Below, in pieces: positions 1 through 10,389 of a DNA stretch of 32,000 bases. The DNA is taken from contig NZ_CP046534.1 in assembly GCF_009827135.1 (NCBI RefSeq), forward strand, positions 660,001-692,000. The letters are read 5' to 3'. The DNA is from Blochmannia endosymbiont of Camponotus nipponensis (GTDB lineage Bacteria; Pseudomonadota; Gammaproteobacteria; Enterobacterales; Enterobacteriaceae). The translations under genes were made by a program, and so were the position numbers. The first letter of the stretch is position 1. Each line of letters opens with the position of its first letter. The notes beneath the pieces are model-generated. The model was given only the letters and a program-made list of their open reading frames with translations. It searched no databases and was not told the DNA's origin.

Positions 1-154
1 TTATTGTTTTAATTAAATCTTTTTTTAATTGAGATAGATAATATTGATGAAAGTGATTTCTAATACTGTTTTCAGCAATGACTTCTTTTAGTCTTTTTTT
101 AGCAATATCGGCTGGTGTTTTTTTTTTAAAAAAAAATAAATTTACTAATACCAT
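1..154 (-). CDS. minE: Cell division topological specificity factor MinE, first 51 codons; the 3' end runs off the window edge
   Basis: Hand translation of the minus strand from the ATG at 154 gives MVLVNLFFFKKKTPADIAKKRLKEVIAENSIRNHFHQYYLSQLKKDLIKTI. This is collinear with E. coli MinE ([23 protein letters not shown]...YLPQLRKDILEVI). It starts 7 nt after the minD stop, completing the minC-minD-minE order. It is absent from the ORF track because it is truncated. Confidence 0.85.
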   Translation of the reverse strand, partial: MVLVNLFFFKKKTPADIAKKRLKEVIAENSIRNHFHQYYLSQLKKDLIKTI

Positions 155-161
155 AATAATA

Positions 162-974
162 TTATCTCTTGAACAATCGTTTTAAAAAATTAATTTTTTT
201 TTCTTCAGTAAAGCGAAAAGGACATGGATTACCTAATAAGCGATCTACTGTGTCTGAGTAAGCTTGTCCTGCATGAGATTTGGTATCTAAAATAACTGGT
301 TCGCCTTGATTAGATGCCTTTAATACCGATTTATCTTCTGGTATAACACCTAATAAAGGAATTCTTAATATTTCTATTACGTCTTCTAAACTAAGCATAT
401 CTCCTTTTTGAACACGGATAGGATTATATCGAGTGAGTAATAGGTGTTCTTTGATTGTTTCTATGCCATTTTCAGAACGTTTGGATTTAGATGCTAAAAT
501 ACCTAGAATGCGATCTGAATCATGTACTGATGAGATTTCTGGATTGGTGGTGATAATTGCTTCATCTGCAAAATATAAAGCTGCTAAAGCTCCACTATCA
601 ATACCTGCAGGAGAATCACATATTATAAATTCAAAGTTCATTTTATTAAGATTATTTAATATTTCTTCAACTCCAGTATGGGTTAAAGAATTTTTATCAC
701 GTGTTTGTGAAGCAGGTAGAATGTATAAACAATCAGTATGTTTATCTTTAATTAGTGCTTGACGCAATGTAGCTTCACCTTGGATTACATTAATAAAATC
801 ATATACTACTCTGCGTTCACATCCCATAACTAAATCAAGATTACGTAAACCAATATCAAAATCAATGACGGCTGTTTTTTTTCCTTTAAGTGCTAATCCG
901 GTGGCGAGAGCTGCGCTTGATGTTGTTTTACCCACTCCTCCTTTTCCTGAAGTGATAACTATTATACGTGTCAT
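162..974 (-). CDS. minD: Septum site-determining ATPase MinD
   Basis: MTRIIVITSGKGGVGKTT deviant Walker A motif. Full-length collinearity with E. coli MinD, including the C-terminal amphipathic helix (FLKRLFKR). The track start at 980 is a GTG only 2 nt from the AAGGA Shine-Dalgarno sequence; the ATG at 974 has 8-nt spacing and matches the E. coli N-terminus. Confidence 0.95.
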   Translation of the reverse strand: MTRIIVITSGKGGVGKTTSSAALATGLALKGKKTAVIDFDIGLRNLDLVMGCERRVVYDFINVIQGEATLRQALIKDKHTDCLYILPASQTRDKNSLTHTGVEEILNNLNKMNFEFIICDSPAGIDSGALAALYFADEAIITTNPEISSVHDSDRILGILASKSKRSENGIETIKEHLLLTRYNPIRVQKGDMLSLEDVIEILRIPLLGVIPEDKSVLKASNQGEPVILDTKSHAGQAYSDTVDRLLGNPCPFRFTEEKKINFLKRLFKR

Positions 975-1002
975 AAACACATTCCTTATTGAGTAGGATA
1001 CA

Positions 1003-1686
1003 TTATAAATTTTGAATTATAAGCGTATCATCTTTTAAACTAAGTCTCACTGCTTTACCTGAAAATTCTTTTGGAATTTGATCGCTTAGCCAATAATGCC
1101 CTCCAATAGATACCAGTTCAGGGGATAAATGAGTGCAAAAAATTTGGGATTCCTCACTGCCAGATGCACCAGCTAAAACACGTCCTCGCATTATTCCATA
1201 AATATGAATATTGCCGTCAGCAATAATTTCAGCTCCAGTACTAACATTTGCAATAATGATTAAATCTCTGTTACGAGCATATACTTTCTGTCCAGAACGT
1301 ATTGGTTTTTCTATTAATTGTGTTTCTAAGGTTATTGGAGTTTTTTTATGTAAATATGTTGAAAAATCCTTGTTATTTTTTATGTTGGCTCCTTGTGTAA
1401 GGATAGGGACTCCACTACGAATGATTATTTCTTTTAATTTGTTATCATGGCAACAACATGCTCCTACTATAAATAATCCAGTATTTGATATTGTTTGGTA
1501 CAGAGCATTCCAATTATCATAATAATTAAGATTGTTAACATTTACAACAACTGGAGTATTTTTTAGTAAAAAAAATGGAGCTTTTTCTATTTTTTCTTCT
1601 AATGCTCGACGAACCCCCTCTAAGCATGCTCTATAAACATGCACTACTAATAATGTAAAATTGCTTCCTTTTATGCTAATAAACAC
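1003..1686 (-). CDS. minC: Septum site-determining protein MinC
   Basis: 227 aa, collinear with E. coli MinC (IKGSNFTLLVVHV..., C-terminal RSGQ...ADGNIHIYG...GRVLAGASG...YWLSDQIP). The start codon is GTG at 1686; there is no in-frame ATG nearby. Confidence 0.9.
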   Translation of the reverse strand: MFISIKGSNFTLLVVHVYRACLEGVRRALEEKIEKAPFFLLKNTPVVVNVNNLNYYDNWNALYQTISNTGLFIVGACCCHDNKLKEIIIRSGVPILTQGANIKNNKDFSTYLHKKTPITLETQLIEKPIRSGQKVYARNRDLIIIANVSTGAEIIADGNIHIYGIMRGRVLAGASGSEESQIFCTHLSPELVSIGGHYWLSDQIPKEFSGKAVRLSLKDDTLIIQNL

Positions 1687-2203
1687 ATTAATTTTTTACA
1701 AGATAGATTTATATACATACTTTTTATACATTTGTTGTATTCGTATAAATGCATATTTATTTATTATTTATTTTATATAATTCATTTTATTTTACAATCC
1801 GAGCTATCATTACTATTTATAATAGAATACGTAAATATAATAATAAATCGATAGAATTGAATAATAGTTATATATAATTAAGTATTAATATTATATCCCA
1901 ATCTTTGGTATTGTAATCAAATAATATGTTAATTAATCATATTAATGATTTTTTATTTTTATAAATTATTAGTAATAATTATATTTTTTTATTAGTAATT
2001 TAATTTTTTAAATTTTAAAGTTTAGCTGTTAATATTTTATATGAATTTTAATGAAAGTCAAAGATATACTGCTAATGTATATATTAAGACAATATTTTAT
2101 ATTATAAAAATAAATAGTATATTTATTTTTTATTTGTATATAAGTAACGTGTATCATTCAGAATAAGTGATGAGTATAATGTTTATTACAATTGTATTTA
2201 TTA

Positions 2204-2725
2204 TTACTTGTTATGTTTTTTGAGATCAATAATTTGTGATAGAGCTACAAATAGCGCTATTATTAAGTAGTTAGAGAAAATTATCAGCATCCACTGAGAT
2301 ATTTCTAATGATAGAAAGTACCATTTATATTCAGTACAAATACCATCGGCATGAAATACAGCAGGCCACCACTTATTTAGAGGTAGCCAATGAGGAAATT
2401 TGACAAATAAATCACACATGAAAAATGGGGTTGGATGTAATTGAATATTAGTATATTCTTTAGCTAACAACAATCCTTTCCAAGCGCTGTATATCCAAAT
2501 TAAAATAGCAAAAAATCTCAAAGAAGTAAATGGAGCAATAGTAGCAATTAATCCTGCAATTCCTATACCACCTAAAGCACATCTTTGATACACACATAAT
2601 ACACAGGGTTTTATTAAAATAACGTGCTGTAAATATAAAGCTATTAATTCTAAGCTTATAACGGTAAGTGTTAACAAAATCCAATATTTTCTAGTTTTAG
2701 AGCAAATATTTAAAAAATCCAACAT
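2204..2725 (-). CDS. dsbB: Disulfide bond formation protein B (DsbB)
   Basis: MLDFLNICS... is collinear with E. coli DsbB MLRFLNQCS. The CVLCVYQRC redox pair and the second cysteine pair (FMCD, GICTE) are present, with four hydrophobic segments. The track start at 2731 is TTG; the ATG at 2725 fits the orthologue. Confidence 0.9.
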   Translation of the reverse strand: MLDFLNICSKTRKYWILLTLTVISLELIALYLQHVILIKPCVLCVYQRCALGGIGIAGLIATIAPFTSLRFFAILIWIYSAWKGLLLAKEYTNIQLHPTPFFMCDLFVKFPHWLPLNKWWPAVFHADGICTEYKWYFLSLEISQWMLIIFSNYLIIALFVALSQIIDLKKHNK

Positions 2726-3244
2726 AAACAATTACCTAAAATTATACAACTTAAGTTTGATATATAATAATAATTTTTAAAATAAAATAAAATAATTTTT
2801 TAATATAGTTAACATATATTTTCCATTAATTACATTAAAATGATATATGTATGATTATATATATATATGATATTTCTTCTGAAAAATATCAAATTTAAAA
2901 AATGATACAAATGGTATAATTTAATTTTTTAAAAATTAAATTTAAATTTATTTGTGCGTAGCACTATATTAACTATTAATAGTTTCATCAATCTTATCAA
3001 TTGACTATTAACAATGTCACATCTCTTAGAGATATGAGGATAATAGACTATAATGTAGGTAATGTGAATTATTAAAATGCTATAAATTTTTATTAGTTCC
3101 TTATATAATATATCTATTAGTTGGAATGTGGTTTTTAACAATATACTTCAATAACAACATTTCTATTGAATTATTATTAAATATTTTATTAAAAATTAAT
3201 AATTAAGTTTCTATTTGATAGATTGGATATGTTGTTGGGTAATG

Positions 3245-4324
<1,080 letters not shown>

Positions 4325-4626
4325 TTAAATATCTATTGTATATAGCAATGTATGCTGAAAATTTAAATGTAATATGTGTTTTAAATGTTTTATATTCATG
4401 CAAAAATGTTATATTGATATACTATCATGTCAATAAGATATAATATAATTAGTGATATATATTTTATGGTTTATTGCAGTGTAATAACATAAAAGATACA
4501 GATCTTATAATATTTTGTATTTTCCGTTCAATAAGTATTAAAATCAAATAAACTTAACGCACAATAATCAAGCATGTCCAATTGTTTTTTTTGCTTCTCA
4601 TAAAAATTCCAACAAGATTTTACATA

Positions 4627-6507
4627 TTATAATTGCATTAAATAATCTAAGTCAAGAGCATAACAATGCTTTGGATCATTCCATGAAAAATTCAAGATAT
4701 TAGGGTTATTTGTTTTTATATTTTCATTAAAATTAGTGAGTGAAACATAATGATTTAATAAATTTATAATAATAGTATAAACAACCTTGTTAGTTTGTTG
4801 TAGTATAACATCTATCCAATTTACTTTATCTTCATACCAGTTAAGTTGATATTCTGTTAAGTGAGCTAGTTCAGTAGCTTTATTTATTGCGTCATCTAGA
4901 TCTCCTATAGTATCAATTAATCCATTTTTTATTGCATCATACCCAAGCCATACATGTCCTTGAGCGATTTTTTGAATATCTTCTATAGTCTTGCAGCGGG
5001 ATGTAGCTACAGTACTAATGAAATAATGATAACTGGTATTCACATAAAGTTGCATCATATTGATATATTCAGTGGGTAGTGGTGTAGTTATTGAAATGTT
5101 TGCTATAGGGGATGTCCCCACTCCGTCGTTATGAATACCAATGGAGTCAAGAGATTTTTCAAATGTGTTAACAATACCAAATATACCTATAGAACCTGTA
5201 ATAGTACTATTACTTGCAATGATAGCATTGGCTGGAGTTGAAATCCAGTATCCACCAGATGCAGCTATTCCACCCATGGAAACGACTACTGGCTTACCAG
5301 CGTTTCTGATAGCTATTAATTCTAATCTAATTAGTTCAGCGGCATTGACACTTCCACCAGGGCTATTGACACGAAGTACTATTGCTTTTACTTTTGGATT
5401 AAATCGGGCACTACGAATTTTATTGGCTATAGTATCACCACCAATGGCACCGGGTATATCAGGTCCATCTACGATAGGGCCATTAACACAGATTATTGCT
5501 ATTTGGTTGTTTTTTTCTATTGGTGTAATAACATTATAATCATACATGCTAATTGCATTAAATGAGGTACCTTCTTTATTAGATCCAAATATTTTTTTCA
5601 TTGTGTTTTCTATGAAAAAATGAGATGCGATTTCATCAATCCATTTATTTTTAAGCGCATATGCTGCGGTATCACCTTGCATTTGATATAATCCATCTAG
5701 TATTTTGTTAATTCCTGGAAAAATTTCTTGTCTTGTTATATTACGATTAATAGATATTATTTTTAAATATTGATTCCATAAACGATTTATTAATTGTTTT
5801 TCTTCATGCCGCACATGATCAGACATTTGATCTTGAATAAATGGTTCTACGGCAGATTTATATGTACCTACCCTGAAAATATGAGTGTTAATTTTTAAAT
5901 TGTTTAATAGTGATTTATAATATAACTTGTTGGTGGAGATACCTCGTAAATCTACAAAACCATGTGGAGTGAGATAAATTTTGTTTGCGTAGCTAGCTAG
6001 AAAATATTGAGATTGGTTATAGTAATCAGAAATAGCATAAATTAGTTTACCAGCATCTTTAAATTCACGTAATACTTTTCCAATGTACTCTAATGAGGCT
6101 TGATTACTTCCTGAAAAATTTTTTAATGACAATATTAGTCCGGTTATGCATGGATCATTTTTAGCTTGACGTAATATATTAATAATATCAAACAGTGAAT
6201 TTTCTTTAGTATTTGATCTGTTCGTGTTAAGTAAATGCTGACTGAATTTGTGAAATTTACCATATGTTACAGGTTTATCTACAATGATACCAGAAAGATC
6301 TAGAATTAATGCAGTGTGTTTTGACAATGATGCGGTAGAAGAATCACTTAAATTTAAATATATTCCTATACTGATGATTATAAATATTATAAACAATATA
6401 TTTATTGTTACTGTTCGTATCAGGTATAGTGTACGTATACTGTATTTAAATACTCTATAAATGGTCTTCCATACATTTTGAATGAACGCTGTAATCATTA
6501 AAGACAT
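4627..6507 (-). CDS. sppA: Signal peptide peptidase SppA (protease IV), 67K type
   Basis: Collinear with E. coli SppA over two tandem peptidase domains. The catalytic-region motifs GIAASGGYW and RVGTYKSAVEPF are present. The track start at 6540 is GTG. The ATG at 6507 (or 6498) fits the orthologue N-terminus better, so the start is uncertain by about 10 codons. Confidence 0.88.
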   Translation of the reverse strand: MSLMITAFIQNVWKTIYRVFKYSIRTLYLIRTVTINILFIIFIIISIGIYLNLSDSSTASLSKHTALILDLSGIIVDKPVTYGKFHKFSQHLLNTNRSNTKENSLFDIINILRQAKNDPCITGLILSLKNFSGSNQASLEYIGKVLREFKDAGKLIYAISDYYNQSQYFLASYANKIYLTPHGFVDLRGISTNKLYYKSLLNNLKINTHIFRVGTYKSAVEPFIQDQMSDHVRHEEKQLINRLWNQYLKIISINRNITRQEIFPGINKILDGLYQMQGDTAAYALKNKWIDEIASHFFIENTMKKIFGSNKEGTSFNAISMYDYNVITPIEKNNQIAIICVNGPIVDGPDIPGAIGGDTIANKIRSARFNPKVKAIVLRVNSPGGSVNAAELIRLELIAIRNAGKPVVVSMGGIAASGGYWISTPANAIIASNSTITGSIGIFGIVNTFEKSLDSIGIHNDGVGTSPIANISITTPLPTEYINMMQLYVNTSYHYFISTVATSRCKTIEDIQKIAQGHVWLGYDAIKNGLIDTIGDLDDAINKATELAHLTEYQLNWYEDKVNWIDVILQQTNKVVYTIIINLLNHYVSLTNFNENIKTNNPNILNFSWNDPKHCYALDLDYLMQL

Positions 6508-6539
6508 TCTATGATAATCCAAATGAGTTATTATGTTCA

Positions 6540-6584
6540 CATACTATCTAATATTTAAAATTGTATTAGATATTAGATAGTATG
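6540..6584. repeat. Inverted repeat with 15-bp arms and a 15-nt spacer, immediately upstream of sppA
   Basis: CATACTATCTAATAT (6540-6554) pairs with ATATTAGATAGTATG (6570-6584), and the arms are perfectly complementary. The right arm overlaps a TATTAGA-TATTAGA tandem repeat. It lies about 33-77 nt upstream of the preferred sppA ATG. Confidence 0.7.
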
Positions 6585-6725
6585 CATAAATTAAATAAAA
6601 ATTATGATATTTTCATGATTTTATTAGGTTTTTCATATATCAACATGAACTGTAAACCATGTTATACTTATCCGTGGTAAGAGCAATTAAATTTGTATGT
6701 TAATGTTCATGTAGGTGGTTTGTGA

Positions 6726-6737
6726 GCGCGCGCGCGG
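6726..6737. repeat. (GC)n alternating tract GCGCGCGCGCGG in the xthA-sppA spacer
   Basis: Positions 6726-6736 are strictly alternating G/C and 6737 is G. The tract begins 13 nt downstream of the xthA stop codon (minus-strand sense). I noticed no comparable all-G/C run in any other noncoding part of the window. Confidence 0.9.
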
Positions 6738-6749
6738 TACAAGTGTATG

Positions 6750-7556
6750 CTAAAGATCAAAATCTGCCCATACTGGAGCGTGATCAGACGGTCTTTGCAT
6801 ACTACGAATATCATAATTTATCTCACAATTTTTACAACGATTTACCAAAGAGCGTGTTGCCAATATCAAATCAATACGTAAACCATTATTTTTATCAAAT
6901 CCATGCGATCTATAACTGAACCAAGAATAACGTTTGTCATGATAGGGGTGCATATTTCGATATATATCTATTAAACCCCAGTTCATTAAACGATTGATCC
7001 ATGTTCTTTCTTCTGGTAAGAAAGAACATCGTCCTGACATAAGCCAACGTTTTTTATTTTCTTCGCTAATACCAACATCAAAATCTGTAGGACTAATATT
7101 CATATCGCCTATAATTAGTAATAATGAATTACTGTGATAGGTACGTTCTATGTAGTTTTGCAAATTTTTATAAAAACGTTTTTTATACAAAAATTTTTCT
7201 GGATGATTTTTATTTTCTCCTTGAGGAAAATAAGCGTTAATAATAGTTAATATACCTATTGATGTCATAATATCAGCAATGATGATGCGTTTTTGAGATA
7301 GATCATCATCATTAGTAAGCCCATGAATAATAGTTAAAGGAATTTGGCGAAGAAGCAATGCAACACCATGGTATTTTTTTTGTCCATAGTAATATACGTG
7401 ATAACCATTTTGTAATATTTCCTCTATAGGAAAAGAATCATCATGTACTTTAGTTTCTTGTAGGCAAATTACGTCAGGTTGTAATTGAAAGATAATTTTA
7501 TTTAATTGATGCATACGAGCACGTAATCCATTGATATTAAAAGTAACAAATTTCAT
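6750..7556 (-). CDS. xthA: Exodeoxyribonuclease III
   Basis: 268 aa, the same length as E. coli XthA. MKFVTFNINGLRAR...LQETK...GDMNISPTD...SDHAPVWA motifs are conserved. Confidence 0.96.
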   Translation of the reverse strand: MKFVTFNINGLRARMHQLNKIIFQLQPDVICLQETKVHDDSFPIEEILQNGYHVYYYGQKKYHGVALLLRQIPLTIIHGLTNDDDLSQKRIIIADIMTSIGILTIINAYFPQGENKNHPEKFLYKKRFYKNLQNYIERTYHSNSLLLIIGDMNISPTDFDVGISEENKKRWLMSGRCSFLPEERTWINRLMNWGLIDIYRNMHPYHDKRYSWFSYRSHGFDKNNGLRIDLILATRSLVNRCKNCEINYDIRSMQRPSDHAPVWADFDL

Positions 7557-9351
7557 ATAGTGTTAGTGTGTGAATTATTTTTATGTTACAGAACATAGGT
7601 ATTATTTTTTTTAATTACAATATAATTAATAATTATATGATGGTATATAAAAAAAGTGTTTTTCACTAAACAAATTGGTTATTAATCAGTTTAGCAATTA
7701 TGTTTTTAAAAATAAAAGCTAATATCTTAAAATTGAGCTTATTATATATGAATACTTCGATGTAATACAATGTATAATATATGAAAAATATTTGTTTATT
7801 TTAGATAAGTATATTTAAGTTTGAGGTATTATCGTATGATATACGAAGGTTATTAATTTATTAGAATAATTATTATGGTTGTAATTTTTGTATATGTTTA
7901 TTACTGGATGATTAATTGATTTAGTGAATAAACACAGATATTATCTATGTTTTTAACAGTTATAATTCAAGTGTTCATAATTTACAATTTTATTGCAAAT
8001 TTATAAAATAAAATATTTTCATGTAACGGTAAATATTTCAACTAAAATATTAATATTAATTGGAATTGATTTTTATGATTTTACTCAGATAATTTAAAAT
8101 TATCATAAAAATAGTTTAAATATGTATTTAAAATAGCATGTTAAATAAAATAGGTATATAAGTGTTTGTGGTATATATAACAAAAAAATTATTTCATGAA
8201 GAATTACTGTACCCAACGATATGATGTATATGATATGAATGATTAAAGTATAAATCTTATTTTAAGTTAATTAAATATTATTTTTAAAATAATTAATATT
8301 TATGTCATATAAAACATATGAGGATCTAAAGTTTTAAAATTTTAAATGTTTATTGTTATTATTATATTAATTGGCAACATCAACAGATTGATTATATTTT
8401 TTATATGTAGAACTAGAAGATGATGGTGAAATTATTTATAGTCATAATATTTTGGAATATATTATGTGGCATTATTAGTTTTAGTGATTGTTTTGATACA
8501 TTTGATGTTTAAGATATATTAAGTATATATAATTATCAATAATTTTTATTTAAACACTCAAAGCATATTTATTTAGAAGATAAATTATAATACTGTGTTC
8601 ATCCAATAACATTGGATGTTGTATTGTAATTTTGATTTTTGGTTATTTTAATAATTCTGAAGAACATATAGCTTGCAAGTATGTTTATTTAATTTATGAG
8701 TCTTCATAAGATATATGAATCGTTAATTAAAGATTATTTTTTGTATATTGTATATGTTGTTATTATTGATATTTTAGTTTGAATTTGTAAAAAGAATGAC
8801 AATATAAAGTTTATATTAGTCATTATGTGTTACTATACAGCTTATGTTAATTGAAAATTTTTGTCATTTTTATTATAATCAGTGTCAATATGGTTATTTT
8901 TCATGTGTGCACAGATGAATTTATTTTGGTGTGGAAAGAAATAGGATTTTTTCATATAAATAGAAAATATTATAGTAATTCACTATAATGGATGTTTGAT
9001 GAGGTACTAATAAGGTTTGAATCAGTAACTAATATTTTTAACTATTATAGAACTTTCTATTTGATTATTATCATCATTGTTATGATAACTAAATAATAAT
9101 AATTTTTAAAATAAATTTAGTAAATATTTTGATGTTTATGTCACTAAAATAGAATATGTGCGAGATTAGTTTAATGAAATATATATAATTTATAAAACAA
9201 CTATATATTATATACTACATAACATATAAAGATAAAATGGATTTAAACGGTCACCAGTTACTGTTTTATGCATCAGTACGTTTTTTCATTGTATATGAAA
9301 AAATGTTGAATAATGTGTTCAAAAGTACTTTGTGCTATATGAAATTAATAG

Positions 9352-9762
9352 TTAAAGCAAAAAATCTTCTAGAGTTTTCTTTTTTTCATCAATAGCTTTT
9401 TTAATAATTGAGGGAGTACGTCCTTGTCCGGTCCAGGTTTTAATTTCACCATATTTGTTGGTGTACTGATATTTTGCTGGACGAATTGCGCGTTTATTTT
9501 TATACAATGATTTAGCATTGGCATTTATATTTTCTAATAGTTCGTTAGGATTTATCCCGTCAGCTATCAACATATCACGATATTGTTGTAATTTTCGGGA
9601 GTGTGCTTCTATCTTGGCTTGGAATTGACTGTTTTCTTCTCGACGTTCATTAACAACTAGTTCTAATTTTTCTAATATTTCTTCCAAAGTTTCAAGGGTG
9701 CATTCTCTAGCTTGCGCTCGTAAAGTGCGTATATTGTTAAGAATTTTCAGTGCGTCGTTCAT
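9352..9762 (-). CDS. hns: Nucleoid-associated DNA-binding protein H-NS
   Basis: From the internal ATG at 9762: [43 protein letters not shown]...TWTGQGRTP. This gives 136 aa against 137 in E. coli. The 42-codon upstream extension in the ORF track (to 9888) has no H-NS counterpart. GAGAG lies 7 nt upstream of the ATG. Confidence 0.95.
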   Translation of the reverse strand: MNDALKILNNIRTLRAQARECTLETLEEILEKLELVVNERREENSQFQAKIEAHSRKLQQYRDMLIADGINPNELLENINANAKSLYKNKRAIRPAKYQYTNKYGEIKTWTGQGRTPSIIKKAIDEKKKTLEDFLL

Positions 9763-9790
9763 TGATTTACTCTCAAATATTATAAATAAC
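9763..9790 (-). promoter_or_regulatory. hns 5' leader and ribosome-binding region, similar to the E. coli hns leader
   Basis: The minus strand reads GTTATTTATAATATTTGAGAGTAAATCA followed by ATG. As I recall it, the E. coli leader reads ...ATATAAGTTTGAGATTACTACA followed by ATG. The TTTGAGA core sits at the same distance from the start codon. A TATAAT hexamer lies about 18-23 nt upstream of the ATG. Confidence 0.4.
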
Positions 9791-10389
9791 AAATCTATTG
9801 ATAAGGATAGAGTGCTAATTTGTTTTCTGCAATACCTAGGGTGTTTTAATTTATAAATAATCCTATTATATCTTGTATCGATAGGCAATTAAATAGATTT
9901 AATGCTATGAGTATACGTGAATGTTATTTATTTTTTTCTATAAAAATATTTAAATCAATTTAATTAAATAGATGATTTGTTATTTATGACAGGATTTTAA
10001 TATTATTTAACTGTTTAGATTTTTTCGATTTAAATTACAATTATTTATTTATAAATATTTAAAATAAAAATAACATTTTTATCAATTTGTTCGTTCTATT
10101 AGATATATATAGATTGTTTTTTAAGTGTAGAATATTTTATATTTTATTTGTTAATATTATTGTTTTGAATATAGCATGTAGAATAATATTGAACTCAAAT
10201 GGGATGTTGCAAAGATATTTATCTCAAATAGTGTGAACATTTATTTTATTAACATCATTGATGAATGTAAGAATGAAAATTCTATGAATTTTTAGGTTAA
10301 ATAATTTTATTGAAATTAATATTATTATAGTTTAATTATATCATATTATTAGTGCTGAAATATTGTGATTCAGATAGGATGTGAACTGT

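Noticed and set aside
433-762. ORF-track entries lying antisense or out of frame inside well-supported genes. They are 433-762, 1211-1522, 2460-2684, 3519-3704, 5141-5539, 6722-6919, 11774-12184, 13885-14094, 14537-14770, 16141-16350, 16627-17046, 19582-19992, 21013-21234, 21705-22058, 24663-24893, 27978-28449, 30781-31038 and 31531-31794.
   Set aside because: Each is fully embedded in a gene with strong full-length homology on the other strand or frame. Their translations are low-complexity with no recognisable motifs. They are the typical shadow ORFs of biased-composition genomes.
2929-3141. 70-aa minus-strand ORF in the dsbB-gapA spacer.
   Set aside because: The peptide is rich in I, L, K and N and I recognise no family or motif in it. 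I saw no Shine-Dalgarno sequence. The composition is that of translated AT-rich spacer.
8088-8104. GATAATTTAAAATTATC, a Fur-box-like palindrome. A second candidate is TAGTAAATAATATTTACTA at 12862-12880 in the cls-tonB spacer.
   Set aside because: The first is 17 bp rather than 19 bp, so its half-sites are 2 bp too close, and it lies in a gene desert with nothing to regulate. The second matches the Fur consensus poorly and is more than 550 bp from tonB. Arms of 8-9 bp are expected by chance at this composition.
8842-8852. TTATGTTAATT, resembling the XerD arm of dif (TTATGTTAAAT).
   Set aside because: The adjacent 17 nt show no similarity to the dif central hexamer or XerC arm. An isolated 10/11 match of an A/T-rich 11-mer is unremarkable here.
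9237-9395. 52-codon plus-strand ORF (MDLNGHQLLFYASVRFFIVYEKMLNNVFKSTL...) with a faint resemblance to the GalU C-terminus, at the position where galU converges on hns in E. coli.
   Set aside because: Only about 20% identity, dominated by compositionally favoured residues. The alignment would place the galU end on top of the hns stop codon. This is not distinguishable from chance without proper statistics.
9763-9888. N-terminal extensions of ORF-track calls: hns to 9888, asnS to 31820, trpG to 20655, trpD to 20036, sppA to 6540, yciC to 15111, ycbL from 27932, aspC to 30095, tdk from 10381, minD to 980 and dsbB to 2731.
   Set aside because: The extensions have no counterpart in the orthologues, several begin with GTG or TTG, and the internal ATGs align with E. 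coli N-termini and have better Shine-Dalgarno spacing.
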